This document shows positions 53,692 to 62,784 of a stretch of DNA of 64,000 nucleotides, piece by piece (position 1 is the first letter of the stretch; each line of letters begins with the position of its first letter). The DNA comes from an uncultured Thermoplasmatales archaeon (lineage in GTDB: Archaea > Thermoplasmatota > Thermoplasmata > Thermoplasmatales > GCA-001856825). The notes below the pieces were generated by a model. That model was not told the DNA's origin, did no database searches, and saw nothing but the letters and a program-made list of their open reading frames with translations. The DNA is taken from contig CAYXTM010000005.1 of the NCBI GenBank assembly GCA_964468585.1, positions 10,247-74,246 of the forward strand, given 5' to 3'. The position numbers were made by a program, and so were the translations under genes.

Positions 53692-55393
53692 TCAACATCT
53701 CCTCCGGAATCTTCTTCATCTCTGAAGTCATATCCTTTATTCCGTGCTCCTCGTGTACATATCTCCCGCCCATAAGCCATGAGAAGACAGTTCCAAGGAT
53801 AGACATTCCCATAGCTATAAATAAAGATATATCTAAACCTTTTGCAAAGGACGGGCCAATGATATTGGGGAAGAATGTATTGGAGCTAATCTTGCTGAGA
53901 ATGCTCGGAGGTATTGAAGAAAGAAGGGCCGGTGGTACCACGCTAATTGGATTTATTCCAAGGAATGCACCGAAGAGAGCTCCAGATGGGGGAATCTTTG
54001 AGAGAAATGTGGCAAGCTGTTGAGGAAGTCCAAGGGAAAGTGTTGTATTATAAATTGCAGAAGGAAGGTCTTGTGAAAATACAGTTATTGTGATGGAGAA
54101 GAATATTGCCATGCTTATGGTAGATGTCACATTGTTTATGGTCATTCTCATTCCATTAGCTGATGCTCTGTCCTTGGATGCCACTGCATTCATTATGGCA
54201 GTAGTATTTGGAGAAGCAAACAATCCTCCTCCTATGCCTATGATGAAAAGAATAATTTCGAATTGTAGTAAGTTGAAGTTGTATGGAATGAGTGTGAGGA
54301 GATAGAATCCAATGGCTGAAATAATCATTCCCAAAGTAGCAAAAATTCTAGCGCCGTATTTGTCAGTTAATATTCCACCTATTGGTCCGAATATAACAGT
54401 GCCAACAAGCATTGGGAGCATGTAGATACCGGCCCAGAGAGGAGATTGACTATATGAAAACCCGTGAAGTGGTAGATAGATACCCTGTAGCCATATTACA
54501 ACCAAGAACATTACCGCTCCTCTTCCCAGTGAACCCAAGAGCAAACTCAAATTTCCGTAGAAGAAAGGCCTAATCTTAAAGAGCGATAGATTGAACAACG
54601 GATTTTTTATTCTGGTCTCAACTAAAATGAAAAGGCCCATCAATATTATCCCAATAACTAATGCAGCTATAACCCAAGGGTTCCCCCAGCCTGTTTGTGA
54701 GGACCCATATGGCTCGAGAGTATAGGTTAGACCAAGAGATATGAGAATCATGGCTCCAGCCAGTGTGAGGTTACCAGGGATATCTATGGGAACTTTTATC
54801 CTCTCGTTGGTTTCTTTCAATTTTGCAAGAGACCAGTAGGTTCCAACGAGTGCGAAAGGAACATTTACCACGAACACAAGGTGCCAATCATAACCTGATA
54901 AGAACCCACCTAGAATTATCCCCAAAAGGGAACCAACTACGAATGAGATTTGGTTGATACCCAAAGCCTTACCCCTTTCATTTGGAGGGAATGCATCAGT
55001 TAAAAGTGCAGTGCTATTGACCATTAGAAAACCTGCGCCCACCGCTTGTACGATCCTGAATATTATTAATGTAAGAGCACCAGTATTTCCACTATTTCCT
55101 GGAACTACTGATAGTAATATGGATGCTATTGTGAAAATAATAAATCCGTATGAATACATCCTGACTCTACCAAAAGAATCAGAAATTCTTCCAAAAGTAA
55201 CTAATATTGATGCTAACACTATACTATAGCCCATTAGAATCCAAAGCAAATAGGTAAATTCTCCCGGTGCAAATGGATTAATACCTAAACCCCTAAATAT
55301 TGTAGGGAGCGTGATTAGGACAATGTTCATATTAATCGATGCCATAAGGGCACCGAGCATTGTATTGGTAAGTACAGTGTACTTGTATTGCAT
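53681..55393 (-). CDS. MFS drug/H+ antiporter, 14-TM DHA2 (EmrB/QacA-like)
   Basis: The likely start is ATG 55393 (MQYKYTVLTNTMLGALMASIN); the ORF opens at 55441. It has about 14 TM helices, the motif GRISDSFGRVRMY, and a MarR gene coupled downstream. Confidence 0.8.
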   Translation of the reverse strand: MQYKYTVLTNTMLGALMASINMNIVLITLPTIFRGLGINPFAPGEFTYLLWILMGYSIVLASILVTFGRISDSFGRVRMYSYGFIIFTIASILLSVVPGNSGNTGALTLIIFRIVQAVGAGFLMVNSTALLTDAFPPNERGKALGINQISFVVGSLLGIILGGFLSGYDWHLVFVVNVPFALVGTYWSLAKLKETNERIKVPIDIPGNLTLAGAMILISLGLTYTLEPYGSSQTGWGNPWVIAALVIGIILMGLFILVETRIKNPLFNLSLFKIRPFFYGNLSLLLGSLGRGAVMFLVVIWLQGIYLPLHGFSYSQSPLWAGIYMLPMLVGTVIFGPIGGILTDKYGARIFATLGMIISAIGFYLLTLIPYNFNLLQFEIILFIIGIGGGLFASPNTTAIMNAVASKDRASANGMRMTINNVTSTISMAIFFSITITVFSQDLPSAIYNTTLSLGLPQQLATFLSKIPPSGALFGAFLGINPISVVPPALLSSIPPSILSKISSNTFFPNIIGPSFAKGLDISLFIAMGMSILGTVFSWLMGGRYVHEEHGIKDMTSEMKKIPEEMLNGK

Positions 55394-56015
55394 GGAGGGG
55401 CATATAATTTTAATGTTAAAAATTTTTACCATAAATTTCAACTATCAATTATCATTTAAAATAGAAATCTTTGAGAAGTAATCTGAGGTCGATTTTACAA
55501 GTTTGAAATCATTAAAGTTTGAATAGCTAAAACACCAAAAGAATTGAACCTGTCTAAAGCATTCAATTTTAAACATGTAAATTAAATTCAATTGCTGACT
55601 GTGGCATCATCTTTTGATCTTATTAATTTATCATTTATTTACCATAATGCAATAAGACTAACGCTCCATATGTTTGGATGAAAATTCTATGCATGGGTTT
55701 TTAAAATTATAGCAATGATGGTCATAGAAAAATCATGATCTTACAATTATAATATGGCTCTATAGTATTTTCAAAGAGTCCACATACAGACTTTGTGGCT
55801 TACGTTAATTTTCTTCAAAATATTTAAATTAAATGAAATTATTCATATATAAGAGGCATATCAGACACCATATTTAAATAAATCAGCAGTATGTAACTGC
55901 GACTTTCAAAATCATCTTAGAGATTGTAACATTAAAGCATGCTAACGTAAATGGGTGAAAACCTCACATAACTCTTCGATTTGATACATTTTATGTGTAA
56001 GAATAGGCTAAATTA

Positions 56016-57518
56016 CTAGGTAATTGGAATATAATTAAAATGATTGATTATTGTGATATTTAAATCATAAACCAAAATCAAACCGTTTGGTTCATTTTGC
56101 GGATAAAAATAGACATAAAAATATAATTTGGAATTATAGGCCATATTTGGCCGCAAAGTGACATTAATTAAAATGCCTGCACTACTATCCAAAATTACAG
56201 GGATTGAATAATTTTTGCCTAATCCATATTGATAATTATATTCCATTTGCAGATTGTCATTGGATCCATTAAAATATAAGGTAAAATTTAAAATATTTGT
56301 TAAATTTTTATAACTATATAAGATAGAATAGGCATTGAAACTCAAACTATATGTAGAATTTATTGCTAAAATGGTAGGGTATTCTTCAATGAATAAAAGA
56401 TTATCTAAATATGTCCATTTTTCCCCCTTAATGCTATTCGCGATAGTTCCATTTGTTTGAATAATCCAGAACCGATTGGTTGATTGATCAAATGTGATCG
56501 CTCCACTAGTGCCTTTGGAGAAGATTTTATTCCCATATGGTGAAAAGCCTCCATTTATTGAGCCAACCACATTAGATGAACGATCTAATGAAGTTCCATT
56601 TTTCAATTCCAATAAATAGATATGGTTATTTCTCCCTATCGTGATTCCAATAAGATCGTGAATATTAGTATTGTCATAAATTCCCCATGAATTATTAGAC
56701 AGGGCCACATAAACAATTCCTTTATATGATATACCATATAAGCTATAATTATAATATGCCGCTGTAGCAATAATATTTTTTTCAGAGTTTGATTTTATAT
56801 ACCACCCTGAAAGATTGGTCCCTTGAAGGCCAAGACTGTAATAATATGTAGTATCAAAAAAATAAGTATCTCCATAGAAGTTTGTAAAGAAAAATCCTTC
56901 GTCGTAATTATTCACATATCCTTCTACATTTGAGGTAACCGAGGTCCATGGTCCGGGATACTGGGTTAATGGCAAATTCCAGAATGACGTGGCATTAAAC
57001 CAATAACCATCGTGTAAATTATAGCCGAAAACATATCCATCATAGGTTAATAAAACTACAAAAGGTACCTCTTGTATTATATTACTAGAGAAAAATAAAG
57101 TGTAATTAATAGCAGCAATACTTGTGATCTGCCCAGCATACGGAAAGTAATCATAAGGGGTCCCTAGATAATAATAATAATTCGAATTATCCCATTTAAC
57201 AATTACGTGTCCAAATGTATCAGTCCAAAAAAGATTCCCATTATCATCAGCATATATTCCAGATGACCATATACTCGTTAAATTGGTATTCGCATGATCT
57301 TTATATAAATTTAATTTTGTATTCCATAAATAATAGTTTGTACTATTGTTATAAATGATTTTAGGAGCATTCTGTGCAATATTTTGTGGGTAAATATTTG
57401 AATTAAGAACATCGCCAACCGGCTCTATTGTGAAGGAAATTATCAAAATTAATAGTACAATAAACAATCCTAGAACTTTTATCCTATTATTCTTTCGTTG
57501 TACTATTAGATTTATCAT
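56016..57518 (-). CDS. secreted/anchored Asn-Tyr-rich protein, predicted beta-propeller plus C-terminal beta-sandwich
   Basis: 500 aa with a single N-terminal TM/signal anchor (RIKVLGLFIVLLILIISF). Six or seven aromatic-rich repeat units follow (e.g. NLFWTDTFGHVIVKW, GFFFTNFYGDTYFF, RFWIIQTNGTI). More than 15 N-x-S/T sequons were counted by eye. I recognise no family. Confidence 0.5.
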   Translation of the reverse strand: MINLIVQRKNNRIKVLGLFIVLLILIISFTIEPVGDVLNSNIYPQNIAQNAPKIIYNNSTNYYLWNTKLNLYKDHANTNLTSIWSSGIYADDNGNLFWTDTFGHVIVKWDNSNYYYYLGTPYDYFPYAGQITSIAAINYTLFFSSNIIQEVPFVVLLTYDGYVFGYNLHDGYWFNATSFWNLPLTQYPGPWTSVTSNVEGYVNNYDEGFFFTNFYGDTYFFDTTYYYSLGLQGTNLSGWYIKSNSEKNIIATAAYYNYSLYGISYKGIVYVALSNNSWGIYDNTNIHDLIGITIGRNNHIYLLELKNGTSLDRSSNVVGSINGGFSPYGNKIFSKGTSGAITFDQSTNRFWIIQTNGTIANSIKGEKWTYLDNLLFIEEYPTILAINSTYSLSFNAYSILYSYKNLTNILNFTLYFNGSNDNLQMEYNYQYGLGKNYSIPVILDSSAGILINVTLRPNMAYNSKLYFYVYFYPQNEPNGLILVYDLNITIINHFNYIPIT

Positions 57519-57537
57519 AATTATAAAAGAAAAAAAT

Positions 57538-58095
57538 TTAACTGATCTGATAATTTATTACAATTTCAGACGAACCAGATGCTGAACCCGTCAATATGAA
57601 TCCAATGTATAAAGCATTCCCAGCAGACGTTAGGTGAAAGTACGTTCCAGAGGTACTGACTTGAGTTCCAGATATGCTGATTCCATTTGTAGTATTTGAA
57701 ACTGTTAATTCGGAAGTGCTGGCATACATCGTAATTCCTCCATTGGTTGGGTTTGGAGCAAAAAGTGTAACATAAACTGGGCCATTATTTGTAGGGGTAT
57801 TATTAACTATGAGAAAAACATTGACCAGGGCGGTATAAGCGGAGCCACTTGTTGTATTTATGTCAATGGTAGTACCGGATGGTATAGGGCCTGCAGCACC
57901 TTTTGCATATACGAGTCCCATTGCATTCGCAGGGGCATAATTAGGTCCTTCAGTCAGATAAATCTCAGGGTTAACCCCTACAGTATTAGTAGGGAAGTTA
58001 TAACTTATTACAACTGTAGCCATTACCAACGATGGAACAATAATGGCTAGGGCAATTGATATTAGCCCAAGTTTCTTTGCTTTCAATTTGAACAC
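57538..58095 (-). CDS. small secreted Thr/Ser/Gly/Asn-rich beta-protein (possible filament/surface subunit)
   Basis: 185 aa. The N-terminus MFKLKAKKLGLISIALAIIVPSLVMA has a basic n-region and a hydrophobic core. The rest is low in charge and beta-rich. It lies 19 nt upstream of the 500-aa gene, and a TATA-like TTTATATATA lies about 27 nt upstream. Confidence 0.5.
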   Translation of the reverse strand: MFKLKAKKLGLISIALAIIVPSLVMATVVISYNFPTNTVGVNPEIYLTEGPNYAPANAMGLVYAKGAAGPIPSGTTIDINTTSGSAYTALVNVFLIVNNTPTNNGPVYVTLFAPNPTNGGITMYASTSELTVSNTTNGISISGTQVSTSGTYFHLTSAGNALYIGFILTGSASGSSEIVINYQIS

Positions 58096-58264
58096 CTCAA
58101 AGAGTAACCAATTATATTAATTATATATAAAAATTTTTTTGGAGATGTTTTTTAAAATACAAGAGAATGCGTTTTGCTTATTAACGGATTTTAATGATAT
58201 GATAATAAAATTATTTCGACATTATCCCAATTTTATTATAGTCCAGCTTGATTATTGATTTAGG

Positions 58265-58867
58265 GTGGGTTCCAAGTTGTTATATCTTAGCTTTCATAGG
58301 TTCATAGAATCGCTCCCATTTTTATTAACAGGAATCGCAATATTTATTCTTTTCATGTACCACTACAATTTTTCTGCAAAAAGATTTAGGATAATCAAAA
58401 CCAATTATATCGTCATAGCTAGGGTAATAGTCCCAATAAATCTCTTAGTAGCAGTCACACTAGACCTATATTTTCTTTTCAGGGGATCATCCATATTCGC
58501 TATACCCGTACCATCGATTTTGGTATTGATTTCATTTATTGTGATATCGTTTTTGATATCATTCACCACAACTTATACTATAATCAATATTTTTTTCCTA
58601 AGGGAAGATATGATGGTTAAATGGTCAGCTTCGTTGTTGACTTTATCAATTTTGGGCATTTCAATCATATTAATCCTTCATTTCATAATTAAACTATCAT
58701 TAATCTCAGCAGCTCCAATAATTTCATTCCTATTTGCTCCTATAATTGTGATTGCGCAGGGAATTCGAAGATTTAATCCTTATTTGGTAATATCTATACC
58801 AGGTATCATATCCGCAACGTCCATTGCATACCTGGTCTATGCAATTTTCTTCTTTGGATTTAGATGA
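58265..58867 (+). CDS. polytopic membrane protein, unknown function
   Basis: 200 aa with a GTG start in the track and about 6 TM helices. It is divergent from the secreted-protein pair. I recognise no motifs. Confidence 0.45.
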   Translation: MGSKLLYLSFHRFIESLPFLLTGIAIFILFMYHYNFSAKRFRIIKTNYIVIARVIVPINLLVAVTLDLYFLFRGSSIFAIPVPSILVLISFIVISFLISFTTTYTIINIFFLREDMMVKWSASLLTLSILGISIILILHFIIKLSLISAAPIISFLFAPIIVIAQGIRRFNPYLVISIPGIISATSIAYLVYAIFFFGFR

Positions 58868-58968
58868 ATCTGAAAATAATTCAAAATTTTTAAATAAAAA
58901 GGATGTAAGCACTGTCAAAACTTTCTATTTTCATTCCTTAGATAAATCAATATATCTCAGAATCCTAT

Positions 58969-60069
58969 ATGTTCATAATGCATTGTAAGTATAAGAAAAA
59001 GATAGCTGGTATCCTAAATATCTTTGACATAATTTTTATAATTTTTATGGGTTATTATACGCGATTAATTTTACCCAGCGACTTCGAAGTTCATGCCATA
59101 ATTGGTATTATGATACTGTTATCAATGCTTTCATTACTACTCATATGGAATATAATAAATGGGATAAAACTAGCCCTTTATATGAATGTATTTTTTGCTT
59201 TATTAAGAGTTTTTCTAGCCCTAACAATTATCATCGAGGTTCCAATCATATTATTGTTCCTGATTTATGATGTTATTCTTATTTTATACTTATTTAGGGT
59301 TAATAGTTGCTTTCTTAATCCTTCTAGATTCTTCGCCAAGCCAGATGTTGCAGTTGCATTCATTGCCATAGGATTCGTATTTGCGTATGGTTTTTTTGGT
59401 TCCCTTCTTTTAGGCAGGGGATTTAACCCAAAAATAGATAATCCAATCGATGCATTGTATTATACCGGAGAAGTAATTACAACACTAGGCTTTGGAGATA
59501 TCATACCTACTAACGATATCACCAAATTATTTACAATAAGCTTAAGTGTATTGGGGTTAGGAGCATTCTTTGGTGCAACAACAATAATTATAGCCCCAAT
59601 TGTATACTCAAGAGGAAGAAGGGTGGTATCTCTAATGGACAGACTGGAATCTTTGAGTCTTAAGGATTTCATTCTCATAATTGGGCATAATAATTATTTG
59701 AATAACGTAATAAAGGAATTAAGATCAAATGATGAGTTAATCATAATTATTGATAAAGATGAAGGAAAGAGGGAGTATTTAGAATCATTAGGCTGTTATT
59801 TTGAGGGAAATATGAGCATGGTAGAAGTGATAAACAACTTTAAGCTAACCAGGGCGAAAATGATACTGCTAGGGTACAATGATGACGGAGTTAATCTGCT
59901 GAATCTTAATTCGATTCTCAACACATACGGTGACACTATAAAAGAAAAAATTATAGTAATAATTAATAACCCTGAGAATTACTTAAGTTTCAAAAACCAA
60001 GCTGGTTTAATCATTAACTTATCTGAAATTCTATACGAGAATATGAAGAAGTATTTTGGAAATGCTTAA
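58969..60069 (+). CDS. potassium channel with C-terminal RCK/TrkA-N-like domain
   Basis: 366 aa. Has the selectivity filter TTLGFGD between two TM helices, extra N-terminal TM helices, and a C-terminal Rossmann-like domain whose glycine motif is degenerate (LIIGHNNYL). Confidence 0.8.
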   Translation: MFIMHCKYKKKIAGILNIFDIIFIIFMGYYTRLILPSDFEVHAIIGIMILLSMLSLLLIWNIINGIKLALYMNVFFALLRVFLALTIIIEVPIILLFLIYDVILILYLFRVNSCFLNPSRFFAKPDVAVAFIAIGFVFAYGFFGSLLLGRGFNPKIDNPIDALYYTGEVITTLGFGDIIPTNDITKLFTISLSVLGLGAFFGATTIIIAPIVYSRGRRVVSLMDRLESLSLKDFILIIGHNNYLNNVIKELRSNDELIIIIDKDEGKREYLESLGCYFEGNMSMVEVINNFKLTRAKMILLGYNDDGVNLLNLNSILNTYGDTIKEKIIVIINNPENYLSFKNQAGLIINLSEILYENMKKYFGNA

Positions 60070-60093
60070 ATATGTTAGTGTGATACTAATTCA

Positions 60094-60516
60094 ATGAGTG
60101 ATATACTAATAACAAAAAGAGAAAGAGATTTCCTCCTGGAGATAGTTGAGAACAGTAAGGGAGGATTTCCTATCAGATTGGTAGACCTTGCTGCCCAGAT
60201 GTCTGTAAAACCACCAACGGCCTTGGGAGTAGTCAAAAGGCTGGAGAAGATAGAACTAGTGAAAAATGAAAGGGGAATGATTAAGGCTACAGAAAAAGGG
60301 CTCATATACTATAGAGAAATAATTTACCATCACCGTGTTCTGGAATGTATCCTTAAAAACTCGGGAATAGATGATGTCAATTCTTGTTTGGAAGCGGCTA
60401 AGCTGGATTATCAAATCCCCCATAAAGTAATCGAAAAAATGGAGGAATATGCCGGAAGTCCAACTGAATGTCCTCATGGTAAACCGATTGAAAAACCAAA
60501 GGAGGTGGTGCTATGA
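60094..60516 (+). CDS. DtxR/MntR-family metal-dependent transcriptional repressor
   Basis: 140 aa. Has an N-terminal wHTH (IRLVDLAAQMSVKPPTALGVVKRLEKIELV) and a dimerisation/metal domain with HHRVLECIL and ECPHGKPI. Confidence 0.8.
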   Translation: MSDILITKRERDFLLEIVENSKGGFPIRLVDLAAQMSVKPPTALGVVKRLEKIELVKNERGMIKATEKGLIYYREIIYHHRVLECILKNSGIDDVNSCLEAAKLDYQIPHKVIEKMEEYAGSPTECPHGKPIEKPKEVVL

Positions 60517-61466
60517 TAAATCTTTTCAATCCAACGGTTCAGGGATTTTATGAAGCATTACTTGTAGCATTCCTCCTAGGTATTGTACATGGAGTTACTC
60601 CTGATGAGCATACATGGCCCATAACATTCTCGTATGCTGTCGGAACCACAAATAAGCTTGGAGGAGCCAAGGCTGGTCTCATATTCTCGGTTGGATTTAC
60701 CTTACAAAGAGCCTTGATGTCTGAAATAGCCTTCTTCGCTCTTGCTCCAATTTTCTTCCTTCCGTATTATGATGGGATAATATACATAATCGTTGGAACA
60801 GTCATGGCTTTATCTGGATTCTATATAATGAGAAAATTAAAGTATCCCCACTTCCACCTTTTTGAGAGAATACTTGGAAATAAGTTGAAGATACATAAGG
60901 AACATTCACATGGGCAGGAACTGGAATATGAACATAAAGTAAACCCACTAGAATCTGAAGAGCATCTAGATTATAGACCTGTTCCGCTGAAACTTGCATT
61001 CGTTCATGGGCTCATTGCGGGTTTTGGGTTTGGAGCATTTGCTCTGATTCTCTTCACGGTAATTTCCCCATCTATGCCCAATGCATATGTTGGGTGGCTT
61101 CCAGGGGCATTGTTCGGACTTGGTACGATGGCAATGCAGGTTCTCTTTGGTACGGTATTTGCAACCTGGATAACAAAAGTTAAAAAACTCTCGAAGGAGG
61201 GCCTTGCCTTTGTGGCGAGGGGAATAAGCTCATATGTACTATCATATGGTGGATTGGCATTCGTCGCTGCTGGTATCATTACTGTCATATTCCCAAAACT
61301 CTTTGACTATGCAATCGTTACCCCCATATACATACATAACTTGCACAACCTAGGTGTTGGTTTCTTTCTGGTTATAATATCCGTGGTAATAATAGGGTAT
61401 ATAGGATATAAGGTAAATATGGGAAAGGCAATGAAAAGAGGGCTTATAAGTACAGAGAAAGGATGA
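60513..61466 (+). CDS. putative divalent-metal transporter (NiCoT/NicO-like membrane protein)
   Basis: 317 aa with about 6-8 TM helices. TM1 carries GIVHGVTPDEHTW (H-x4-D-x-H, close to the NiCoT HX4DH signature). It also has a His/Glu-rich loop, KIHKEHSHGQELEYEHKVNPLESEEH. It has a 4-nt overlap with the DtxR gene. Confidence 0.45.
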   Translation: MINLFNPTVQGFYEALLVAFLLGIVHGVTPDEHTWPITFSYAVGTTNKLGGAKAGLIFSVGFTLQRALMSEIAFFALAPIFFLPYYDGIIYIIVGTVMALSGFYIMRKLKYPHFHLFERILGNKLKIHKEHSHGQELEYEHKVNPLESEEHLDYRPVPLKLAFVHGLIAGFGFGAFALILFTVISPSMPNAYVGWLPGALFGLGTMAMQVLFGTVFATWITKVKKLSKEGLAFVARGISSYVLSYGGLAFVAAGIITVIFPKLFDYAIVTPIYIHNLHNLGVGFFLVIISVVIIGYIGYKVNMGKAMKRGLISTEKG

Positions 61467-61471
61467 AATAT

Positions 61472-61975
61472 TCATTTTATTACTATCTTTTTAATATTGT
61501 TAAGTTCCATTAATTTTTGTATAATTTCACCTGGTATTTTCGATTGCGTGACCACATGTAATTTTGGTTCCTCAACCAGCTCTGGATCATCTACAAAAGC
61601 TTGCCTTATTATTATCCCTTCTGCTGAAATGATCGAAGTTATTTCCGCTAATATTCCAGGTTTAGAGGGATCAGATACAATAACCTCCATGGCTCCCCAC
61701 CCCATTTCTCGTGCTGAATCAGAGAGGTCGGGAATCGCCTTCAGGTTCATAAAGAATTTTTTCAGCATAATATTGTCCTCAATGGAAGAAAGCGTAGCTC
61801 TGACGACTCTTCTGTCTACCCCTGCCGATCTGGACAGTTTTGCCTCATCTATTTGGATGTTATTTATGTAAATTTTTCCATCCCTGATGGAGACACCAGA
61901 TTCTATCATCTTCTTTATCAGCTTAAGCTGGGATGGCGATTTTTTTAAAATTTCATATATTTCATTCCATATCAT
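61472..61975 (-). CDS. ACT-domain regulator of amino-acid metabolism (COG2150-like)
   Basis: 167 aa. The N-terminal part is helical and DNA/ligand-like. The C-terminal ACT-like pattern is MEVIVSDPSKPGILAEITSIISAEGIIIRQAFV. It is divergent from the aro operon. Confidence 0.55.
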   Translation of the reverse strand: MIWNEIYEILKKSPSQLKLIKKMIESGVSIRDGKIYINNIQIDEAKLSRSAGVDRRVVRATLSSIEDNIMLKKFFMNLKAIPDLSDSAREMGWGAMEVIVSDPSKPGILAEITSIISAEGIIIRQAFVDDPELVEEPKLHVVTQSKIPGEIIQKLMELNNIKKIVIK

Positions 61976-62034
61976 GTTATGATGTACATATTAGTACAAT
62001 AATGTATAAATAGATTGCCTAATACACAGATCCA

Positions 62035-62784
62035 ATGAATAATGTAATAAATCATAGATTGAAAAGACTTAGAAATAAAGACGGTAGGTACGTCCTAGTA
62101 CCGATGGATCACGGCATGACCAATGGACCTATAAACGGAATTGAAAACATAGAGGAAGCAGTTAAAAGATTAGTAGGAAGTGGAGTGACTGCCTTTATAC
62201 TTCATAAAGGTTTGGCCAGGCATGTTGTTGGTCTGCTGGAAGATGAAGGTTTGATAGTTCACCTTTCTGCGGGGAATATGCTCTCTCCAAAATTCAATAA
62301 CAAGGTTCTTGTCTCTGATGTAGAATCGGCGATTTCAACAGGGGCCGATGCAGTAAGTGTACACGTGAACATTGGAAATCCTGATGATCTCGATATGATC
62401 CGGGATCTTGGAGAGGTGGTGGACAGAGCTCATAACTACAATATCCCAGTACTAGCAATGATGTACGCTAGAGGCGAGAATATAAAGGACCAGTACGATC
62501 CAAAGAATATAGAAATTTTAGCTAGGATAGCTGACGAAGCAGGTGCAGATATTGTAAAGGTATATTATACAGGCTCCAGGGAATCTTTCAGGAGGGTGGT
62601 ATCTGGCGTAAGAATCCCTGTTTTAATTGCAGGAGGACCCAAGCTGGACTCGGAAGACAGATTAATAGAAATGGTAAGGGATTCAATTGCAGCTGGCGGG
62701 TCAGGTATATCAATTGGAAGGAATATATGGCAAAGCGAGAATCCTAGAGCTACAGTTAAAAGGATAATTGATGCCATGAGGTGA
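62035..62784 (+). CDS. aroA': 2-amino-3,7-dideoxy-D-threo-hept-6-ulosonate synthase (ADH synthase, class I aldolase DhnA family)
   Basis: 249 aa. Contains VPMDHGMTNGP and ADIVKVYY (Schiff-base Lys region), and the following gene is DHQ synthase II. Confidence 0.8.
   Translation: MNNVINHRLKRLRNKDGRYVLVPMDHGMTNGPINGIENIEEAVKRLVGSGVTAFILHKGLARHVVGLLEDEGLIVHLSAGNMLSPKFNNKVLVSDVESAISTGADAVSVHVNIGNPDDLDMIRDLGEVVDRAHNYNIPVLAMMYARGENIKDQYDPKNIEILARIADEAGADIVKVYYTGSRESFRRVVSGVRIPVLIAGGPKLDSEDRLIEMVRDSIAAGGSGISIGRNIWQSENPRATVKRIIDAMR

Noticed and set aside
55442-56015. C/D-box sRNA, CRISPR leader/array or tRNA-like element in the long spacers (also 52760-53247)
   Set aside because: There are no RUGAUGA...CUGA box pairs at suitable spacing, no regularly spaced direct repeats and no GC-rich stem islands. 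Only short imperfect hairpins are visible.
58969-60069. K+ channel with a degenerate RCK glycine motif and extra N-terminal helices as a novel channel type
   Set aside because: The TTLGFGD filter plus a C-terminal RCK-like domain is a common prokaryotic architecture. Loss of the GxGxxG motif in RCK domains is frequent, so this is not distinctive enough to flag.
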